A stretch of DNA of 64,000 nucleotides from Solirubrobacteraceae bacterium (lineage in GTDB: Bacteria > Actinomycetota > Thermoleophilia > Solirubrobacterales > Solirubrobacteraceae), in contig DASXJW010000038.1 in the NCBI GenBank assembly GCA_036497165.1, positions 888 to 64,887 of the forward strand. Reading direction: 5' to 3'. The notes under the pieces are model-generated. The model was not told the DNA's origin and searched no databases. It saw nothing but the letters and a program-made list of their open reading frames with translations. Made by a program: the position numbers and the translations under genes. Positions 9,836 through 19,330 of this stretch are shown here, piece by piece. Within the stretch, counting starts at the first letter, position 1, and each line of letters opens with the position of its first letter.

Positions 9836-10783
9836 ATGTCCGAGCTCGAAGTCCTCACCGTCGGGCGCATCAGCATCGACCTCTACTGCGGGCAGATCGG
9901 CGCCGGCTGGACCGAGGCCGAGACGTTTGCCAAGGCGGTGGGCGGAAGCCCCACCAACGTCGCCATCGCCGCCGCCCGCCTGGGCCGGCGGTCGGGCCTG
10001 TACACGAAGGTCGGCGCCGACCCGTTCGGCGAGGTGGCGCGGCAGGAGCTGCGCGACTACGGCGTCGACACGCGCTTCGTGGCGGTCCAGGGCGAGGGCG
10101 TCACGCCGCTGGCCTTCGCCGTGCTCGACCCGCCCGAGGAGCCCCAGCTGCACTTTCGCCGCCAGCCGCCCGTCCCTGACTTCCAGCTTGAAGTCGGTGA
10201 GGTACCGGACGAGGTCGTCAGCGGCGCCGGCGTCCTGTGGATCAGCGGCGGCGCGCTGGCCCAGGAGCCCAGCCGCGGCACCGTCCGGGGGATGCTGGCC
10301 GCCCGCGGGCGACGCCCACATACGGTGCTCGACCTCGATTACCGCCCGAGCTTCTGGCGCGACCGCGCCGAGGCCTCGCGCGTGATCGGCGAGGCGGTGG
10401 CGCACGTCACCGTCGCCGTGGGCAACCGCGAGGAGTGCTCGGTGGCGGTGGGCGCCGGCGATCCCCACGAGGCCGCCGCCCGCCTGCTGGACCGCGGCGT
10501 GGAGCTTGCCATCGTCAAGCTCGGCGGCGACGGGGTGCTGCTGGCCGACGATCGCGGCGAGCGCCTGGTGGCACCGGCGCCGATCGACGTGCTCTGCGGG
10601 CTGGGCGCCGGCGACGCCTTCGGCGGCGCGCTCTGTCACGGGCTGCTCTCGGGCTGGCCGGCCGAGCGCGCGGTGGCGTTTGCCAACGCCGCCGGCGGGA
10701 TCGTCGCCTCACGGCTGCTGTGCTCGGCGGCGATGCCCTCCGCAGTCGAGGTGTCCGAGCTGGTGGAGGCGATGCCGGCGTGA
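9836..10783 (+). CDS. iolC: 5-dehydro-2-deoxygluconokinase (PfkB family)
   Basis: VGRISIDLY, GGSPTNVA, DLDYRP, GLGAGDAFGG. Confidence 0.9.
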   Translation: MSELEVLTVGRISIDLYCGQIGAGWTEAETFAKAVGGSPTNVAIAAARLGRRSGLYTKVGADPFGEVARQELRDYGVDTRFVAVQGEGVTPLAFAVLDPPEEPQLHFRRQPPVPDFQLEVGEVPDEVVSGAGVLWISGGALAQEPSRGTVRGMLAARGRRPHTVLDLDYRPSFWRDRAEASRVIGEAVAHVTVAVGNREECSVAVGAGDPHEAAARLLDRGVELAIVKLGGDGVLLADDRGERLVAPAPIDVLCGLGAGDAFGGALCHGLLSGWPAERAVAFANAAGGIVASRLLCSAAMPSAVEVSELVEAMPA

Positions 10784-11967
10784 GCGGGCGGCGGCGCATC
10801 GGCGTGGGAGTCGTGGGCTTCGGGTGGCTGGGCCAGGCCCATACCCGCTCGCTGGCGCGGATCCCGCAGCTCTTTCACGACCGAGCCTACGAGCCGCGTC
10901 TGGTGGCGTGCAGCGACGCCCTCCCCGACCGCGTGCAGGACGCCATCAGCTCGTTCGGCTTTGAGCGAGCCACGGTGGACTGGCGGGCCGTCGTGGAGGA
11001 CCCCGACGTCGACGCCGTGTGGATCGCCGCACCCAACATGGTCCACGGCGAGCTCGTGGCCGCCGTCGCCGCCGCGGGCAAGGCCGTCTTCTGCGAGAAG
11101 CCCGTGGGCGGTACCCCCGAACATGTCCTGTACGCCGCGACCGCCGCGCACAGCGCCGGGGTGATCAGCGGCGTGGGCTACAACTACCGCTGGGCGCCGC
11201 TCGTGCGCTACACGCGCGAGCTGATCGCGGCCGGCGAGCTGGGCGAGATCACCAACTACCGCGGGCGGTTCTTCTCGATGTACGGCTCAGATCCGCTCGG
11301 CGTCAGCTCGTGGCGCTTCCAGCTCGACGAGGCCGGCTACGGGGTCACCAGCGACCTGCTGTCGCATGCCGTGGATCTGGCGCACATGCTGATCGGTCCG
11401 ATCGCGCGCGTCACCGGCACCGTGGAGACGTTCATCCGGGAGCGTCCGCAGCCCACCGACGGCGCCAGCCATTACGGCCGGGGGCGCCCCGAGGACCCGA
11501 TGCGGCCGGTCACCAACGAGGACTACGCCGCGATGCTGGTGGAGTTCGCCAACGGCACCCGGGGCAGCTTCGAGGCCAGCCGCACCGCCCTCGGCCCCGA
11601 GTCCGAGATGGCCTTCGACGCCTACGGCACCCGCGGAGCGGTCGGCTGGAACCTCGAACGCCTCAACGAGCTGCGCCTGTACCGCGCCACCAGCGACCGC
11701 GGCTCCGGGTACACCACGGTGCGCGGCGGCGATCGGTTCGCCCACCACGGCGTGTTCGTGCCCGGCAGCGGCAACCCGATCGGCTTTGAGGACCTGGTGA
11801 CCATCGAGGATCACGAGTTCTGCACCGCGATCGCCGAGGGGCGACCGTTCGAGCCCGGCTTCGAGCAGGCGCTGGAGTGGGCGGCGGTCCAAGACGCGCT
11901 GCTGCGCTCGGCGCGCAGCGGCGCCTGGGAGACGGTGACCCCGCTGCGGGACAGGGCGGCGGCGTGA
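10780..11967 (+). CDS. Gfo/Idh/MocA family oxidoreductase
   Basis: GFGWLG, CEKP, GYNYR, DLLSHAVD; GTGA overlap. Confidence 0.88.
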   Translation: MSGRRRIGVGVVGFGWLGQAHTRSLARIPQLFHDRAYEPRLVACSDALPDRVQDAISSFGFERATVDWRAVVEDPDVDAVWIAAPNMVHGELVAAVAAAGKAVFCEKPVGGTPEHVLYAATAAHSAGVISGVGYNYRWAPLVRYTRELIAAGELGEITNYRGRFFSMYGSDPLGVSSWRFQLDEAGYGVTSDLLSHAVDLAHMLIGPIARVTGTVETFIRERPQPTDGASHYGRGRPEDPMRPVTNEDYAAMLVEFANGTRGSFEASRTALGPESEMAFDAYGTRGAVGWNLERLNELRLYRATSDRGSGYTTVRGGDRFAHHGVFVPGSGNPIGFEDLVTIEDHEFCTAIAEGRPFEPGFEQALEWAAVQDALLRSARSGAWETVTPLRDRAAA

Positions 11968-12974
11968 GCGCGGTCAGCATCGGCCTCATCGGCGTGGGAC
12001 GGATCGGGCGCATGCACGCCGAGCTGCTGGCCCGGCGCGTGGCCGGCGCGCGGGTCGGCATCGTCTACGACGTCCACGAGCCGTTCGCGCTCGACGTGGG
12101 CGGGGAGCTCGGCGTCCCCGCCGCCGCCAGCGTGGAGGAGGTGCTGAGCTCAGACGTCGACGCCGTGGCCATCTGCTCGAGCGCCGACACGCACGTGGAC
12201 CTGATGGTGGCCGCCGCCGAGGCGGGCAAGGCGGTCTTCTGCGAGAAGCCGGTCTCCCTGGACCTCGAGGAGCTCGAACGCGGGCTCGACGCCATCGAGG
12301 CCCACGGCGTCCCCTTCCAGGTGGGCTTCAACCGCCGTTTCGATCCCGCCCACGCCTCGGTGCACGAGGCCGTCGCCGCGGGCCGGATCGGGCAGCCCCA
12401 CCTGCTGCGGATCTCCAGCCGCGACCCCGAGCCGCCGTCGCTGGAGTACGTGCGCACCTCGGGCGGGCTGTTCCTGGACATGATGATCCACGACTTCGAC
12501 ATGGCCCGGTTCGTCACCGGATCGGAGGTCGTGGAGGTGTTCGCCCGCGGCGGGGTGCGCGTCGCCCCCGAGTTCGCCGACGCCGGCGACGTTGACACCG
12601 CGCTCGTCACCCTCGTGCACGCCAGCGGCTGTCTGACGGCGATCGACAACTGCCGGCGCACCGCCTATGGCTTTGACCAGCGGGTGGAGGCCTTCGGCTC
12701 CGACGGGATGGCGGCCTCGGAGAACCCGCCGGCGCACACCGGGGTGCTCACCACCGCCCGGGGCGCGCTGCGCCCGCCCCTCCCCCACTTCTTCCTCGAG
12801 CGCTACCTGCCCAGCTACGAGCGCGAGTGGCAGGCCTTCGTCGCCGCCCTGCGGGACGGGACGCCGCCGCCGGTGGGCGTGCAGGACGCCCGGGCCCCCC
12901 TGGTCATCGGGCTGGCGGCCTGGCAGTCGCTGCGCGAGGGGCGAGCCGTGCGGCTGGAGGAGGTGAGGGCGTGA
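11964..12974 (+). CDS. iolG: inositol 2-dehydrogenase
   Basis: GVGRIG, CEKP, GFNRRFD, SRDP, GGLFLDMMIHDFD, YGFDQRVE. Confidence 0.88.
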   Translation: MSAVSIGLIGVGRIGRMHAELLARRVAGARVGIVYDVHEPFALDVGGELGVPAAASVEEVLSSDVDAVAICSSADTHVDLMVAAAEAGKAVFCEKPVSLDLEELERGLDAIEAHGVPFQVGFNRRFDPAHASVHEAVAAGRIGQPHLLRISSRDPEPPSLEYVRTSGGLFLDMMIHDFDMARFVTGSEVVEVFARGGVRVAPEFADAGDVDTALVTLVHASGCLTAIDNCRRTAYGFDQRVEAFGSDGMAASENPPAHTGVLTTARGALRPPLPHFFLERYLPSYEREWQAFVAALRDGTPPPVGVQDARAPLVIGLAAWQSLREGRAVRLEEVRA

Positions 12975-13900
12975 GGGTCTTCGTGACGGGCGCGGGCGGA
13001 TTCGTCGGCTCCAACCTCGTCCACGTCTTCGCCCAGCGCCACGGCGCCGAGGTGGTGGCGCCCTCGCATGAGGTCCTCGACCTCACCAACCGCCCGCTGG
13101 TGCGCCGCTGCGTCGCCGCCACGCGTCCCGACGCCGTCGTTCACGCCGCGATCTGGAACGATCCAACCATGCTGACCTCGGACCGTCGCCGCGCGTGGCG
13201 GGAGTACGTGGGAGCCACCCGCAGCGTCGTCGACGCCGCCAACGACGTCGACGCGCGCGTGGTGCTCGTCTCCACCGACTGGGTGTTCGACGGCACCCAG
13301 GGCCCGGCCACGGAGACCGAGCCACCCAACCCGATCAACTCCTACGGCTTCCTCAAGGCTGCCTCCGAGCTCGTGGTCACCCAGCGGGCACACCGCGGCA
13401 CGGTGGCCCGCATCGCCGGCGTCCAGGGCCTGCACCGCGCCCGGCCGCAGACCCCGCGGGCCCAGGACGCGGGCTTCGGCTATCTGGTGGCCTCGCTGGT
13501 GGACGCCCTGCGCGCCGGGGAGCGCTTCACGGTGTGGAACGGCGACGGGCTCAACCGACTGGCCACGCCCACGCTGGCCACCGACGCCGCCGAGCTCATC
13601 TGGCTGGCCCTTGAGCGAGACGTGAGCGGAATCCTGCACTGCTGCGGCGGCGAGCACGCCGACCGGGTGGAGCTGGCCCGCCGGACGGTGGCGGCCTTCG
13701 GGCTGGACCCCGGCCTGCTCGACGTGGGCCCGCCGCCGGCAGAGGCGGTCGCCGGCGGCGCCATCCCCCGCGACACGCGGCTGGACGCCACCATGACGGC
13801 CGAGCGGCTCGGTGCCGAGCTGCCCGACCTGGACACCACCCTCGCGCGGTTGCGCCACGATCTCGACTGTTCCGATATGACTGCAGGGAGCCCCGCATGA
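12971..13900 (+). CDS. RmlD-like extended SDR (NAD-dependent epimerase/reductase)
   Basis: TGAGGFVG, STDWVFDG, YGFLK (YxxxK). Confidence 0.8.
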   Translation: MRVFVTGAGGFVGSNLVHVFAQRHGAEVVAPSHEVLDLTNRPLVRRCVAATRPDAVVHAAIWNDPTMLTSDRRRAWREYVGATRSVVDAANDVDARVVLVSTDWVFDGTQGPATETEPPNPINSYGFLKAASELVVTQRAHRGTVARIAGVQGLHRARPQTPRAQDAGFGYLVASLVDALRAGERFTVWNGDGLNRLATPTLATDAAELIWLALERDVSGILHCCGGEHADRVELARRTVAAFGLDPGLLDVGPPPAEAVAGGAIPRDTRLDATMTAERLGAELPDLDTTLARLRHDLDCSDMTAGSPA

Positions 13901-15813
13901 CCCAGACCGAGACCCTCACCGTTGCCCAAGCCCTCGTGCGCTTTCTCGGCGCCCAGCACCTCGAGCGCGACGGGCGGCGGGAGCACTTCTTCGCCGGCTG
14001 CCTGGGGATCTTCGGCCATGGGAACGTCGCTGGGCTGGGGCAGGCGCTCTCGCAGTACCCGGAGGCGCTGCCCTATCACCCGGCGCGCAACGAGCAGGCG
14101 ATGGTCCACCTCGCGGCCGGCTATGCGCGGCAACGCAACCGCCTGGCGACGTTCGCGTGCACCACGTCGGTGGGCCCGGGGGCGACCAACATGGTCACGG
14201 GCGCCGCGCTGGCGACGATCAACCGGCTGCCGGTCCTGCTGCTTCCCGGCGACACCTTCGCCACGCGCTACCCCCACCCCGTGCTCCAGCAGCTCGAGGT
14301 GCCCCACGACGCCACCGTCTCGGTCAACGACTGCCTGCGGCCGGTGTCGCGCTTCTACGAGCGGGTCGAGCGGCCCGAGCAGCTCGTCCCAGCCGCGCTC
14401 GAGGCGATGAGGGTGCTCACCGACCCGGCCGAGACGGGCGCGGTGACGCTGGCCCTGCCCGAGGATGTTCAGGCCGAGGCCCTCGCCGTGCCGGCGGCGT
14501 TCCTGGCGCCGCGGACCTGGACCGTCTACCGCCAGCCGCCGGCGCCGGAGGCGCTCGCCGCCGCCGCTGCGCTCATCCGCGGCGCGAAGCGGCCGCTCAT
14601 CGTCGCCGGTGGGGGCGTGATCTACGCGCAGGCCACCCAGGCGCTGCGCGCGCTGGTGGACGCCACCGGCATCCCGGTGGCCGAGACCCAGGCCGGGCGG
14701 GGAGCGCTGGTCTCCGATCACCCGCTCAGCCTCGGGGCCCTCGGCGCCACGGGCACCGCCGCCGCCAACGCGCTGGCCCGGGAGGCCGACGTGGTCATCG
14801 GGATCGGCACGCGGTGGAGCGACTTCACCACCGCGTCGAAGTCGGCCTTCCAGGACCCCGGCGTCCGCTTCGTCAACGTCAACGTGGCGGGCTTCGATGC
14901 CGCCAAGCTCAGCGGGGTGGCGGTGGTGTCCGATGCGCGCGTGGCGCTCCAGGAGCTGGCCGTTGCGTTGGCCGGGCACCGCGCGCCGCAGGACTGGGAG
15001 CAGCGGGCGGCGGGACACAGCGCCGCGTGGGCGGATGAGGTGGCGCGTCTGGTGTCCGCCGCCGGCGCCTCGGACGGCGCCCTGCCCACCCAGGCACAGG
15101 TCATCGGCGCCATCAATGACGCCGCGGGTGAGACCGGCGTGGTGGTGTGCGCCGCCGGCTCGGCGCCCGGTGACCTGCACAAGCTGTGGCACGCCCGCGA
15201 CCCGGCGGGCAAGGGCTACCACGTCGAGTACGGCTACTCATGCATGGGCTATGAGATCCCCGGCGGGATCGGCGTCAAGCTGGCCGCCCCCGAGCGCGAG
15301 GTGTTCGTGCTCATCGGCGACGGCTCCTACCTGATGCTGCCCGGCGAGCTGGTCACGGCGGTGGCCGAGCGGATCGCGATCACCATCGTGCTCGTCGACA
15401 ACCACGGCTACGCGTCGATCGGGGCGCTGTCGCGCTCGGTGGGCTCGGCGGGCTTCGGAACCCACTACCGGTTTGCCGCCAACGGCTCGCTCCCCGTCGA
15501 CGACGCCGCCGGCGCCGGACTCGCGCAGCCGGCGGGCTCCGACGTGCTCCCGGTCGACCTCGCCGCCAACGCCGAGAGTCTGGGGGCGCGGGTGATCCGC
15601 GCGCGGACGATCGCCGACCTGCGCGGGGCGCTGGCCCAGGCGCCCACGGGCGGCCCGACCGTGGTGTGCATCGAGACCGACCGCTACGCCGGCGTCCCCA
15701 GCTATGACAGCTGGTGGGATGTTCCGGTGGCCGCGACCTCGACGCAGGACCCGGTCCGTGCGGCGCGAGCGCAGTACGAGCGCGACGTCTCGGCCCAACG
15801 CCAATTCGTATAG
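13897..15813 (+). CDS. iolD: 3D-(3,5/4)-trihydroxycyclohexane-1,2-dione acylhydrolase
   Basis: GIFGHGNVAG, RNEQAM, YHVEYGYSCMGYE, GDGSY ThDP motif. Confidence 0.95.
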   Translation: MTQTETLTVAQALVRFLGAQHLERDGRREHFFAGCLGIFGHGNVAGLGQALSQYPEALPYHPARNEQAMVHLAAGYARQRNRLATFACTTSVGPGATNMVTGAALATINRLPVLLLPGDTFATRYPHPVLQQLEVPHDATVSVNDCLRPVSRFYERVERPEQLVPAALEAMRVLTDPAETGAVTLALPEDVQAEALAVPAAFLAPRTWTVYRQPPAPEALAAAAALIRGAKRPLIVAGGGVIYAQATQALRALVDATGIPVAETQAGRGALVSDHPLSLGALGATGTAAANALAREADVVIGIGTRWSDFTTASKSAFQDPGVRFVNVNVAGFDAAKLSGVAVVSDARVALQELAVALAGHRAPQDWEQRAAGHSAAWADEVARLVSAAGASDGALPTQAQVIGAINDAAGETGVVVCAAGSAPGDLHKLWHARDPAGKGYHVEYGYSCMGYEIPGGIGVKLAAPEREVFVLIGDGSYLMLPGELVTAVAERIAITIVLVDNHGYASIGALSRSVGSAGFGTHYRFAANGSLPVDDAAGAGLAQPAGSDVLPVDLAANAESLGARVIRARTIADLRGALAQAPTGGPTVVCIETDRYAGVPSYDSWWDVPVAATSTQDPVRAARAQYERDVSAQRQFV

Positions 15814-15821
15814 GTGAGCCC

Positions 15822-16640
15822 ATGACCGACCTCGTCGTGCATCCCGCCGCCAGCCCCGCCGCCGACGGGACGTTCCTGGACGTCACCCCCATCTCGGCCG
15901 GCTGGACATACGTCGGCTTCGAGGTGCTGCGGCTCGCGCCCGGCGTCGTCGCCCACCGCGACACGCGCGACCGCGAGGTGTGCATCGTGGTGATCTGCGG
16001 CACGGCGACGGTGAACTCCGAGCACGGCGAGTGGGGCGCGCTCGGCGGCCGGCCCGACCCGTGGAGCGACCCGCCCGACGCCGCCTACCTGCCGCCGGGC
16101 ACCACCTTCCAGATCGCCTCGGCCGACGAGGCCGAGGTGGCGCTGTGCTGGGGCCCGGCGCCCGGCGGCGGCGCCGCGGCCCGCGTGCTCCCGGGCAGCG
16201 AGATCGACGTGGAGATCCGCGGCTATGGATCGCAGGAGCGCACCGTCCGTCCCATCCTCATGGCCGACCAGGAGGCCGACTCGCTGCTGGTGGTCGAGGT
16301 CCTCACGCCGGGCGGCAACTGGTCCAGCTATCCGCCCCACAAGCACGACCAGGACAACCCGCCCGCAGAGACCTTCCTGGAGGAGACCTACTACCACCGC
16401 ATCGCCCCGGCACAGGGGTTCGGACTGCAGCGCGTCTACAGTCAGGACAGGTCACTTGACGAGACGCTGACCTTCGGCGATCGCGACTGTGTGCTGGTCC
16501 CCCGCGGCTACCACACGGTGTCGGCGCCGCCAGGCTACGACGTGTACTACCTCAACGTGATGGCTGGTCCGAAGCGGCAGTGGGCCTTCGTCAATGATCC
16601 CGACCACGAATGGCGCGCCGCGCCTTCGCCCCCAACCTGA
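15822..16640 (+). CDS. iolB: 5-deoxy-glucuronate isomerase
   Basis: GNWSSYPPHKHD, LEETYY, PRGYH, YLNVMAG. Confidence 0.95.
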   Translation: MTDLVVHPAASPAADGTFLDVTPISAGWTYVGFEVLRLAPGVVAHRDTRDREVCIVVICGTATVNSEHGEWGALGGRPDPWSDPPDAAYLPPGTTFQIASADEAEVALCWGPAPGGGAAARVLPGSEIDVEIRGYGSQERTVRPILMADQEADSLLVVEVLTPGGNWSSYPPHKHDQDNPPAETFLEETYYHRIAPAQGFGLQRVYSQDRSLDETLTFGDRDCVLVPRGYHTVSAPPGYDVYYLNVMAGPKRQWAFVNDPDHEWRAAPSPPT

Positions 16641-16656
16641 GTAGGAGCTTCCAGAG

Positions 16657-18165
16657 ATGTCCGCCACCGCCACCCGACTGCTTGACAACTACATCGCCGG
16701 CCGCTGGACCCCGGCCCAGGCCGCCACCGAGATCCTCGACGTCACGAACCCCGCCACGGGGGGCACGTTGGCGCGGGTGCCGCTGTCGGGCGCGGCCGAC
16801 CTTGACGCCGCGGTAGAGGCGGCGCGGGCGGCGCTGCCGGAGTGGCGCGCGGTGTCGACGATCGCGCGGGCGCGCAAGCTGTTCGAGCTGCGCGAGCGCC
16901 TCGTGGCGCGCCATGAGGAGCTGGCGCGGTCGGTGACCACTGAGATGGGCAAGACCATCGCCGACGCCTCGGCCGAGGTGGCGCGCATGATCGAGATGGT
17001 GGAGGCGGCGTGCGCCATCCCGACCACCATGCAGGGCCGCATTCTCGAGGACGTCTCGCGCAACATCGATGCGGAGACGATCCGCCAGCCGGTCGGCGTG
17101 TGCGCGGCGATCGTGCCCTTCAACTTCCCGGCGATGGTGCCGTTCTGGTTCTTGCCGTTCGCCATCGCCTGCGGCAACACTTTCGTGCTCAAGCCCTCAG
17201 AGCAGGTGCCGCTCACCCAGCAGATCGCCTTCGAGGAGCTTGACGCGCTCGACCTGCCGGCCGGCGTGGTGAACCTCGTCAACGGCGGGCGCGAGATCGT
17301 CGAGGGAATCCTGACGCACCCCGGGATCGACGCGGTCTCGTTCGTGGGCTCGGCTCCGGTGGCGCGGCTGGTCTACGAGGGCGCCGCCAAGGCGGGCAAG
17401 CGGGTCCAGGCGTTGGGGGGCGCCAAGAACCATATGGTGGTCATGCCCGACGCGGTCATCGACAAGACCGTGGACGGGATCCTCGGCTCGGCCTTCGGCG
17501 CAGCGGGCCAGCGCTGCATGGCGGGCTCGGTGGTGGTGACGGTGGGTGACGCCCACGAGCAGCTCATGGGGCCGCTGGCTGAGGCCACCCGCGCCCTGCA
17601 CGTCGGCGACGGGCTGGACGAGTCCAGTGACGTGGGCCCGGTCATCTCCTGTGCCGCCCGTGACCGCATCGCGGACTGGGTGCAGCGGGGCGTGGCGGGC
17701 GGCGCCACCCTGGTGACCGATGGGCGAGGTGTCGCCGGCGAGGGGATCGCCCCCGAGGGGGCGTTCCTGGGCCCGACGATCCTCGATGACGTCACCCCGG
17801 AGATGGAGATCGCCCAGGAGGAGGTGTTCGGGCCGGTGCTGTGCGTGATCCGGGCCGAGTCGCTCGATCAGGCGATCGAGATCGTCAACTCCAGCCGCTT
17901 TGGAAACGGCACCTCGATCTTCACCGAGTCCGGAGCATCGGTGCGGCGCTATCGCCACGAGGTGGAGGCCGGCATGATCGGCGTCAACATCGGCGTCGCC
18001 GCACCGGTCGCCTTCTTCCCGTTCAGCGGCTGGAAGGATTCGTTCCTGGGCGACCTGCACGCGCACGGCACCGACGGCGTCGAGTTCTTCACCCGCAAGA
18101 AGACCGTCACCACCCGCTACTTCTCCAGCGGCCAGGGCTCCGGCAGCTACTTCGTCGAGAGGTAG
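16657..18165 (+). CDS. mmsA: CoA-acylating (methyl)malonate-semialdehyde dehydrogenase (IolA)
   Basis: PFNFP, KPSEQ, GGAKNH, FGAAGQRCMA, EEVFGP. Confidence 0.93.
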   Translation: MSATATRLLDNYIAGRWTPAQAATEILDVTNPATGGTLARVPLSGAADLDAAVEAARAALPEWRAVSTIARARKLFELRERLVARHEELARSVTTEMGKTIADASAEVARMIEMVEAACAIPTTMQGRILEDVSRNIDAETIRQPVGVCAAIVPFNFPAMVPFWFLPFAIACGNTFVLKPSEQVPLTQQIAFEELDALDLPAGVVNLVNGGREIVEGILTHPGIDAVSFVGSAPVARLVYEGAAKAGKRVQALGGAKNHMVVMPDAVIDKTVDGILGSAFGAAGQRCMAGSVVVTVGDAHEQLMGPLAEATRALHVGDGLDESSDVGPVISCAARDRIADWVQRGVAGGATLVTDGRGVAGEGIAPEGAFLGPTILDDVTPEMEIAQEEVFGPVLCVIRAESLDQAIEIVNSSRFGNGTSIFTESGASVRRYRHEVEAGMIGVNIGVAAPVAFFPFSGWKDSFLGDLHAHGTDGVEFFTRKKTVTTRYFSSGQGSGSYFVER

Positions 18166-18225
18166 CCCCACCCGGGCCGCGGCCCGGTACCCACGGGGTT
18201 TTGGTTGGCGCGCGATTAATGCGCA

Positions 18226-18288
18226 TTGACACGCCATGTGGCAGCTGGTACTTATACCCGCGCCGAAACCGATTGCGCAACCGATTGT
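18226..18288 (+). promoter_or_regulatory. promoter and tandem LacI operators for second module
   Basis: TTGACA at 18226-18231; GAAACCGATTGC (18265-18276) and GCAACCGATTGT (18277-18288) just upstream of the LacI ATG at 18293. Confidence 0.75.
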
Positions 18289-18292
18289 GGGG

Positions 18293-19330
18293 ATGCCGAG
18301 GGCCCGACTCAACGATGTGGCGCGCCGTGCCGGAGTGTCGAAGTCGACAGCGTCGCGCGCCCTGAACGGCGTTGGCGAGCTGTCCGACGAGACCCGCGAC
18401 GCGGTGGTCCGGGCAGCCCAGGCGCTCGACTACCGGCCGTCCCCGGTCGCGCGCTCGCTGCGGACGCGCCGAACGAAGACGATCGGCCTCGTCGTCCCCA
18501 CGGTCACCCACAGCTTCTACGCCGCCGTGACCAATGGAGCGCAGATGAGTCTGCAGGAGCACGGTTACCGGCTCATCCTGGTCGATTCCGGCGAGGACCC
18601 GCGGACGCTGACCGAGGCCGTACAGACGCTGCTCGATCACGAGGTCGACGGCATCCTCATGTCCACCGCCCCGGTCGGCGCCGAGCAGTTCAACGTGCTC
18701 CTGGACGGGACGCCGTGCGTGTTCATCGACGAGCTGGCCCCCGGGGCGGGGGTGGGCAACGTCGTGCTCGAGAACGAGCGCGGCATGGAGCTGCTCGTCG
18801 ATCACATCGTCGGCCATGGGCACAGCCGCATCGCCTTCCTGGGTGGCCCCAACGACCGGACGAGCGGCGTCGAGCGTCTGCGTGGATTCCACAACGCCAT
18901 GGCCTACAACGGCGTGGACGCGCCCACGGAGCTGGTCGACGAATGCGACTGGACGATCGCCAGCGGGTTCGAGCACGCCCAGGCGCTTCTGGCCCTCGAT
19001 CGGCCGCCCACGGCGCTGATCACCGCCAGCGGCGAGCTGGCCATGGGCGTGCTGGTCGCGGCGCGGCGCGCGCGGGTGTCCATTCCGGGCGACCTGGCGC
19101 TCGCCTGCTTTGACGATCTCTACTTCGCCCCGCTGCTCGAGCCCTCGCTGACCGCGATCGCCTATGACGCCCGCGCCATCGGCAGCGACGGCGCGCAGCT
19201 GCTGCTGGCCGCGATCGAGGACGAACAGGCGCCGTGGAGCGAGGCGCGGATCGACGTCGGGCTGGTGCGCCGGCACTCCTGCGGCTGCGACCACGACCCG
19301 GGCGCGGCGCTGGCCGAGGTGCTGGGGTGA
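18293..19330 (+). CDS. LacI family transcriptional regulator (second module)
   Basis: RLNDVARRAGVSKSTASRAL..LDYRP HTH; CFDD, PSLTAI. Confidence 0.92.
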   Translation: MPRARLNDVARRAGVSKSTASRALNGVGELSDETRDAVVRAAQALDYRPSPVARSLRTRRTKTIGLVVPTVTHSFYAAVTNGAQMSLQEHGYRLILVDSGEDPRTLTEAVQTLLDHEVDGILMSTAPVGAEQFNVLLDGTPCVFIDELAPGAGVGNVVLENERGMELLVDHIVGHGHSRIAFLGGPNDRTSGVERLRGFHNAMAYNGVDAPTELVDECDWTIASGFEHAQALLALDRPPTALITASGELAMGVLVAARRARVSIPGDLALACFDDLYFAPLLEPSLTAIAYDARAIGSDGAQLLLAAIEDEQAPWSEARIDVGLVRRHSCGCDHDPGAALAEVLG

